Positions 60,844 to 64,000 of a DNA stretch of 64,000 nucleotides are shown here, one piece after another. Source of the DNA: an uncultured Anaerolineales bacterium (lineage in GTDB: Bacteria > Chloroflexota > Anaerolineae > B4-G1 > SLSP01); the NCBI GenBank assembly GCA_964612845.1, contig CAZTEO010000001.1:2933-66932 (forward strand), written 5' to 3'. Every line of letters begins with the position of its first letter. Position 1 is the stretch's first letter. A program made the translations under genes and the position numbers. The notes under the pieces were generated by a model. The model saw nothing but the letters and a program-made list of their open reading frames with translations. It had not been told where the DNA came from and searched no databases.

Positions 60844-63375
60844 CTACAAGCGAATCTCCAGCATCTCGAAGATCGGCACGCCCAGCAGCGCGGAGCGCCG
60901 AACAGGATCGGCGCTGACCACGGGGAAGGGCTCGCCGTCCGCCAGCACTTCGTCCGGCGCGCGCCGCAGGCCCTGCAGCCGCAGCGCCACGTGCTCGTAG
61001 GGCGGCTCGAAAGCGCCTTCGCGCTCCCACGTCACCGTCAACCGATCGTCCGCCCGGCGCATGACGAAGCGAGAGACGCGATATTCGCCCACCCGATACG
61101 CCAGGCCCGTGCCAGCGTCCTCGTAAAGCCAGGAAATTGCCTCACCGTCCTCCGCCAGCGGGTAGACGTGCAGCCGGATGAACGTCTGCAGGCGCTGCTC
61201 CACGCTCGGGCCGACCTCGCCCAGCGGCAGCACCGTCCCGGCGCGGACGTAGAGCGGCAACGTCTCCAGCGGCGCGACCTGCTCAAAGGGCGCCCCACCC
61301 TCGCGGCGACGGTTCGTCCAGAAGTCGTACCAGAGGCCGCCGGGCAGCCGTACCTCGCGCGACGTTGCACCTGGCTCGCCGATGGGCGCCACGACCAGCG
61401 CGTCGCCACAGAGGAAGGCGTCGTCCACATCCCACAGCGCGGCGTCCTGTGGAGCTTGCCACCAGAGCGGACGCACCATGGGCCAACCGCGCGTCGTCAT
61501 CTGCCAGAGGGCGGTGTAGAGATAGGGCAACAGCTCGTAGCGCAGCTGGATAAAGCGCCGGTTGATGCTCAGGTAAGGCTCGCCCCAGGACCATGGCTCC
61601 TGGTCGGCGTTGACCTTGGCGCTGTGCGCCCGGAAAAAGGGCATGAAAGCCGCCATCTGCAGCCAGCGCGTGAAGAGCTCGCCGTCGGCGTCACCGGAGA
61701 AGCCGCCAACGTCCGGCCCGCTGAAACCCAGGCCGGAGAGACCCAGCCCCAGCATCATGGGCACGGTCAGGCGGAGTGAGGCCCAGGTGCTGGCGTTGTC
61801 GGCGGTCCATGAGGTGGCGTGACGCTGCACGCCCGCCCAGCCCGACCGCGTGATGACGACAGGTCGCGCATCCGGGCGCAGGCGCTGCAGTCCCTCAGTC
61901 GTCGCGCGGACCATCTGCATGCCGTAGACGTTATGCGCCTCGTCATGCGTGCCACCGCGTCCCTCCAGCGCGTGCTGTACCGGCGAGGGCAACGTCGGAT
62001 CACCGCCGCCGGTGAAGGCCTGCGGCTCGTTCATGTCGTTCCAGACGCCTGCAACCCCCGCGTCCATCAGCGAGGTGTAGAGGTCGCCCCACCAGACGCG
62101 CGTGCGGGGCGCGGTGAAATCGGGGAAGGCGCAGAGACCGGGCCAGACCGGGGCATGAAAGACCGTGCCGTCGGGCAGCGTGCTGGCATGTCCCCCGTCG
62201 ACCAGCGCGCGGTAGACACTGTATTTCGGGTCCTTTTTCACGCCAGGGTCGATCATGGTGACCAGTTTGATACCCTGCTCGCGCAGATCCGCCGCCAGCC
62301 CAGGCAAATCGGGGAAACGCTCCTTATCGACGGTGAAGACGCGGAAACCATCCAGATAGTCGATGTCGAGATAGATAGCGTCACAGGGCACGTCGTGCGT
62401 GCGGAAGTCCTCGGCAAGTTGGCGAACGCGCGCCTCCGGCGTGTACGTCCAGCGTGATTGGTGATAGCCCAGCATCCAGAGCGGCTGGAGCGTGTGGCGT
62501 CCCGTCAGCTCCGTGTAGCGCTCCAACAGGCGCGGCGGCGATCCGGCAGCGACGTAAGTGCGAATCTCCCCGCCAGCAAAGCGGTGCTCCGCCACGTTGG
62601 GTGTCGAATCGCCCAGATCGAACTCCGCGTAATACGGATTCTCGTAGAAGGCGAGATAGGCGTTCTGCGCGCCCTGCTCCTCCGGCAAAAGTCCCACGTA
62701 GACAGGGATGTTGAGGTTGACGGGGTCGTCGCCGGGACGGTAGCCCGCCGGATCAGTGTTCCATAGCACGTGGGTGCGCCCACGCCGGTTGCCCGGCGTC
62801 GTCCGCTCGCCCAGGCCGAAGATGCGCTCCTGTTCGCGCAACGCAACGCGGTGCCGGACCGCGCCCGACGGACTCCATGCAACGTCCACGTCGGCGCGCA
62901 GCAGGCGTCCCGCCCCATCGGCGATAAAGACTGCGCCCGTCGCCAGCGTCACGCCCACGGTCAGCGCGCCGGTGCAGAGGAGAAAAGCATCGTCTGTCTG
63001 CACCGTGGCGATCTCAGGCGCGGGCCAATCGGCCAAAGGCTTGGCGATGGCGTAGGGCACAGGCTCTGGGACCATCTGCGCTACCGGCAGATAGCGCACG
63101 CGCACCAGATCGGGCGCAAGGAAGACGATCTCAATTCGTCCCTGCGCGGTATGAAACTGCGCGCCACGCTCCGTGGGACGCACCAGCGTCACCGGGCCGG
63201 ACGCGGGGCGCCAGTCGGGCGATTTACGTCCCCGCAGGCGCCGCATGCCCTTGCCGATGTTGGGCCACTTCGCTTCGACGGCGGTTTTACGCAGGGGATA
63301 GACAGCGCCGTGCCAGATATTCTGAGCACCGATAAGCTCAATGGTGTCGCGGATGTTTTCTTTCAGCGATGACAT
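60844..63375 (-). CDS. GH31 alpha-glucosidase/alpha-xylosidase family protein
   Basis: GH31 nucleophile region GVAGVWNDMNEP and acid/base region HATSWTADNAS. 843 aa. Confidence 0.88.
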   Translation of the reverse strand: MSSLKENIRDTIELIGAQNIWHGAVYPLRKTAVEAKWPNIGKGMRRLRGRKSPDWRPASGPVTLVRPTERGAQFHTAQGRIEIVFLAPDLVRVRYLPVAQMVPEPVPYAIAKPLADWPAPEIATVQTDDAFLLCTGALTVGVTLATGAVFIADGAGRLLRADVDVAWSPSGAVRHRVALREQERIFGLGERTTPGNRRGRTHVLWNTDPAGYRPGDDPVNLNIPVYVGLLPEEQGAQNAYLAFYENPYYAEFDLGDSTPNVAEHRFAGGEIRTYVAAGSPPRLLERYTELTGRHTLQPLWMLGYHQSRWTYTPEARVRQLAEDFRTHDVPCDAIYLDIDYLDGFRVFTVDKERFPDLPGLAADLREQGIKLVTMIDPGVKKDPKYSVYRALVDGGHASTLPDGTVFHAPVWPGLCAFPDFTAPRTRVWWGDLYTSLMDAGVAGVWNDMNEPQAFTGGGDPTLPSPVQHALEGRGGTHDEAHNVYGMQMVRATTEGLQRLRPDARPVVITRSGWAGVQRHATSWTADNASTWASLRLTVPMMLGLGLSGLGFSGPDVGGFSGDADGELFTRWLQMAAFMPFFRAHSAKVNADQEPWSWGEPYLSINRRFIQLRYELLPYLYTALWQMTTRGWPMVRPLWWQAPQDAALWDVDDAFLCGDALVVAPIGEPGATSREVRLPGGLWYDFWTNRRREGGAPFEQVAPLETLPLYVRAGTVLPLGEVGPSVEQRLQTFIRLHVYPLAEDGEAISWLYEDAGTGLAYRVGEYRVSRFVMRRADDRLTVTWEREGAFEPPYEHVALRLQGLRRAPDEVLADGEPFPVVSADPVRRSALLGVPIFEMLEIRL

Positions 63376-63484
63376 GGGAACTCCTAAAGAAAGGTGGCGT
63401 AGGTTAGAGTGAAAAACTTAACGAACATCACGGAGCACACATCCGCAGGAAGTCCTCTAACGTGCACTCCGTGATATCAAAAAC

Positions 63485-64000
63485 TCAGAGACTTTCCAAC
63501 TCGTCCAGCATTTCCTCCAACAAGTCAAACCCACCCTGCCAGAACTCAGGTGAGGCCATATCGAACCCGGCCTCGCTGATGATGTGTTCTGGGCTGGCGG
63601 AACCGCCATAAGAGAGAATGCGCAGGTAATCGGGCACAAAGTCCTCACGGCCCACAGCCTTGTACTTGCGGTAGAGCGCCAGCACCAGCAGGTTGCCGAA
63701 GGCGTAAGCGTAGCAGTAGAACGGCGTCTGGAAGATGTGCGGGATGGCGAGCCATTCCAGACGAAAATCCTCGCTGATCTCAACAGCGTCGCCGAACTGC
63801 TCCTCGAGGCTTTCAAGGTAGGCGACCTTCAGATCGCCGGGTTTAGCGCCTTCCTTGATCATCTGGTGCGCTTGTTTCTCAAAGATGACAAAGTAGGCCT
63901 GGCGCGCGATGGTCGCATAAGCGTCCGCCAGCACGTTGTTGAGCAGCGTGCGCCGCACCTCGACGTCTTTCTCCTCGCTCAGCAGCTTGTCGGTGAGCAG
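63485..64000 (-). CDS. pepF: M3B oligoendopeptidase F-like peptidase (C-terminal part; 5' end runs off the window)
   Basis: The frame stays open from 64000 (LLTDKLLSEEKDVEVRRTLLNNVL...). C-terminal pattern WLAIPHIFQTPFYCYAYAFGNLLVLALY...YLRILSYGGS is typical of PepF/M3B. Confidence 0.85.
   Translation of the reverse strand: MLTDKLLSEEKDVEVRRTLLNNVLADAYATIARQAYFVIFEKQAHQMIKEGAKPGDLKVAYLESLEEQFGDAVEISEDFRLEWLAIPHIFQTPFYCYAYAFGNLLVLALYRKYKAVGREDFVPDYLRILSYGGSASPEHIISEAGFDMASPEFWQGGFDLLEEMLDELESL

Overview
High-GC bacterial chromosomal window; the gene content looks Chloroflexota-like, but that is a low-confidence inference. I found no rRNA, tRNA, CRISPR array, integrase or transposase. The ORF track renders alternative start codons as M and omits ORFs that run off the window, so I re-derived several starts and both edge genes by hand.

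Layout:
- 1-20.3 kb, minus strand: a near-complete dcw (division/cell wall) operon, mraZ-rsmH-ftsL-ftsI-murF-mraY-murD-ftsW-murG-[cvpA-like]-[ATPase + orphan]-murC-[51-aa ORF]-murB-ddl-ftsQ-ftsA-ftsZ. Upstream of mraZ sits a sigma70-like promoter and four phased GTGGG MraZ-type boxes. murE is absent.
- 20.6-22.4 kb, divergent from mraZ: a NurA nuclease gene plus a HerA-like protein that has only the HAS-barrel.
- 22.7-64 kb: housekeeping and accessory genes. These include a CDF transporter, a flavoprotein pair, an AKR, GH13, GH31, transketolase, a GAF histidine kinase, a DUF2723 protein, a DHH-CBS-CCA enzyme, trmO, xseA, a large Ser/Thr kinase with a beta-helix array, a MacB-type ABC operon, proBA and a partial pepF.

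Most interesting signals:
1. A low-GC two-gene cassette at 8360-10246: an ABC/AAA_21-type ATPase plus a Cys-rich orphan protein. It is spliced with only 5-10 nt gaps into the otherwise conserved dcw operon and is a candidate novel defence-like or toxin-like module.
2. The NurA + ATPase-less HAS-barrel pair.
3. An unlisted 51-aa very basic ORF translationally coupled between murC and murB.
4. A proBA leader with terminator/antiterminator pairing and a short Pro-containing leader ORF.
5. A dispersed GGTGCAACGCACC palindromic repeat family.
6. A recurrent TTTGTCATTT doublet in three 5' leaders.
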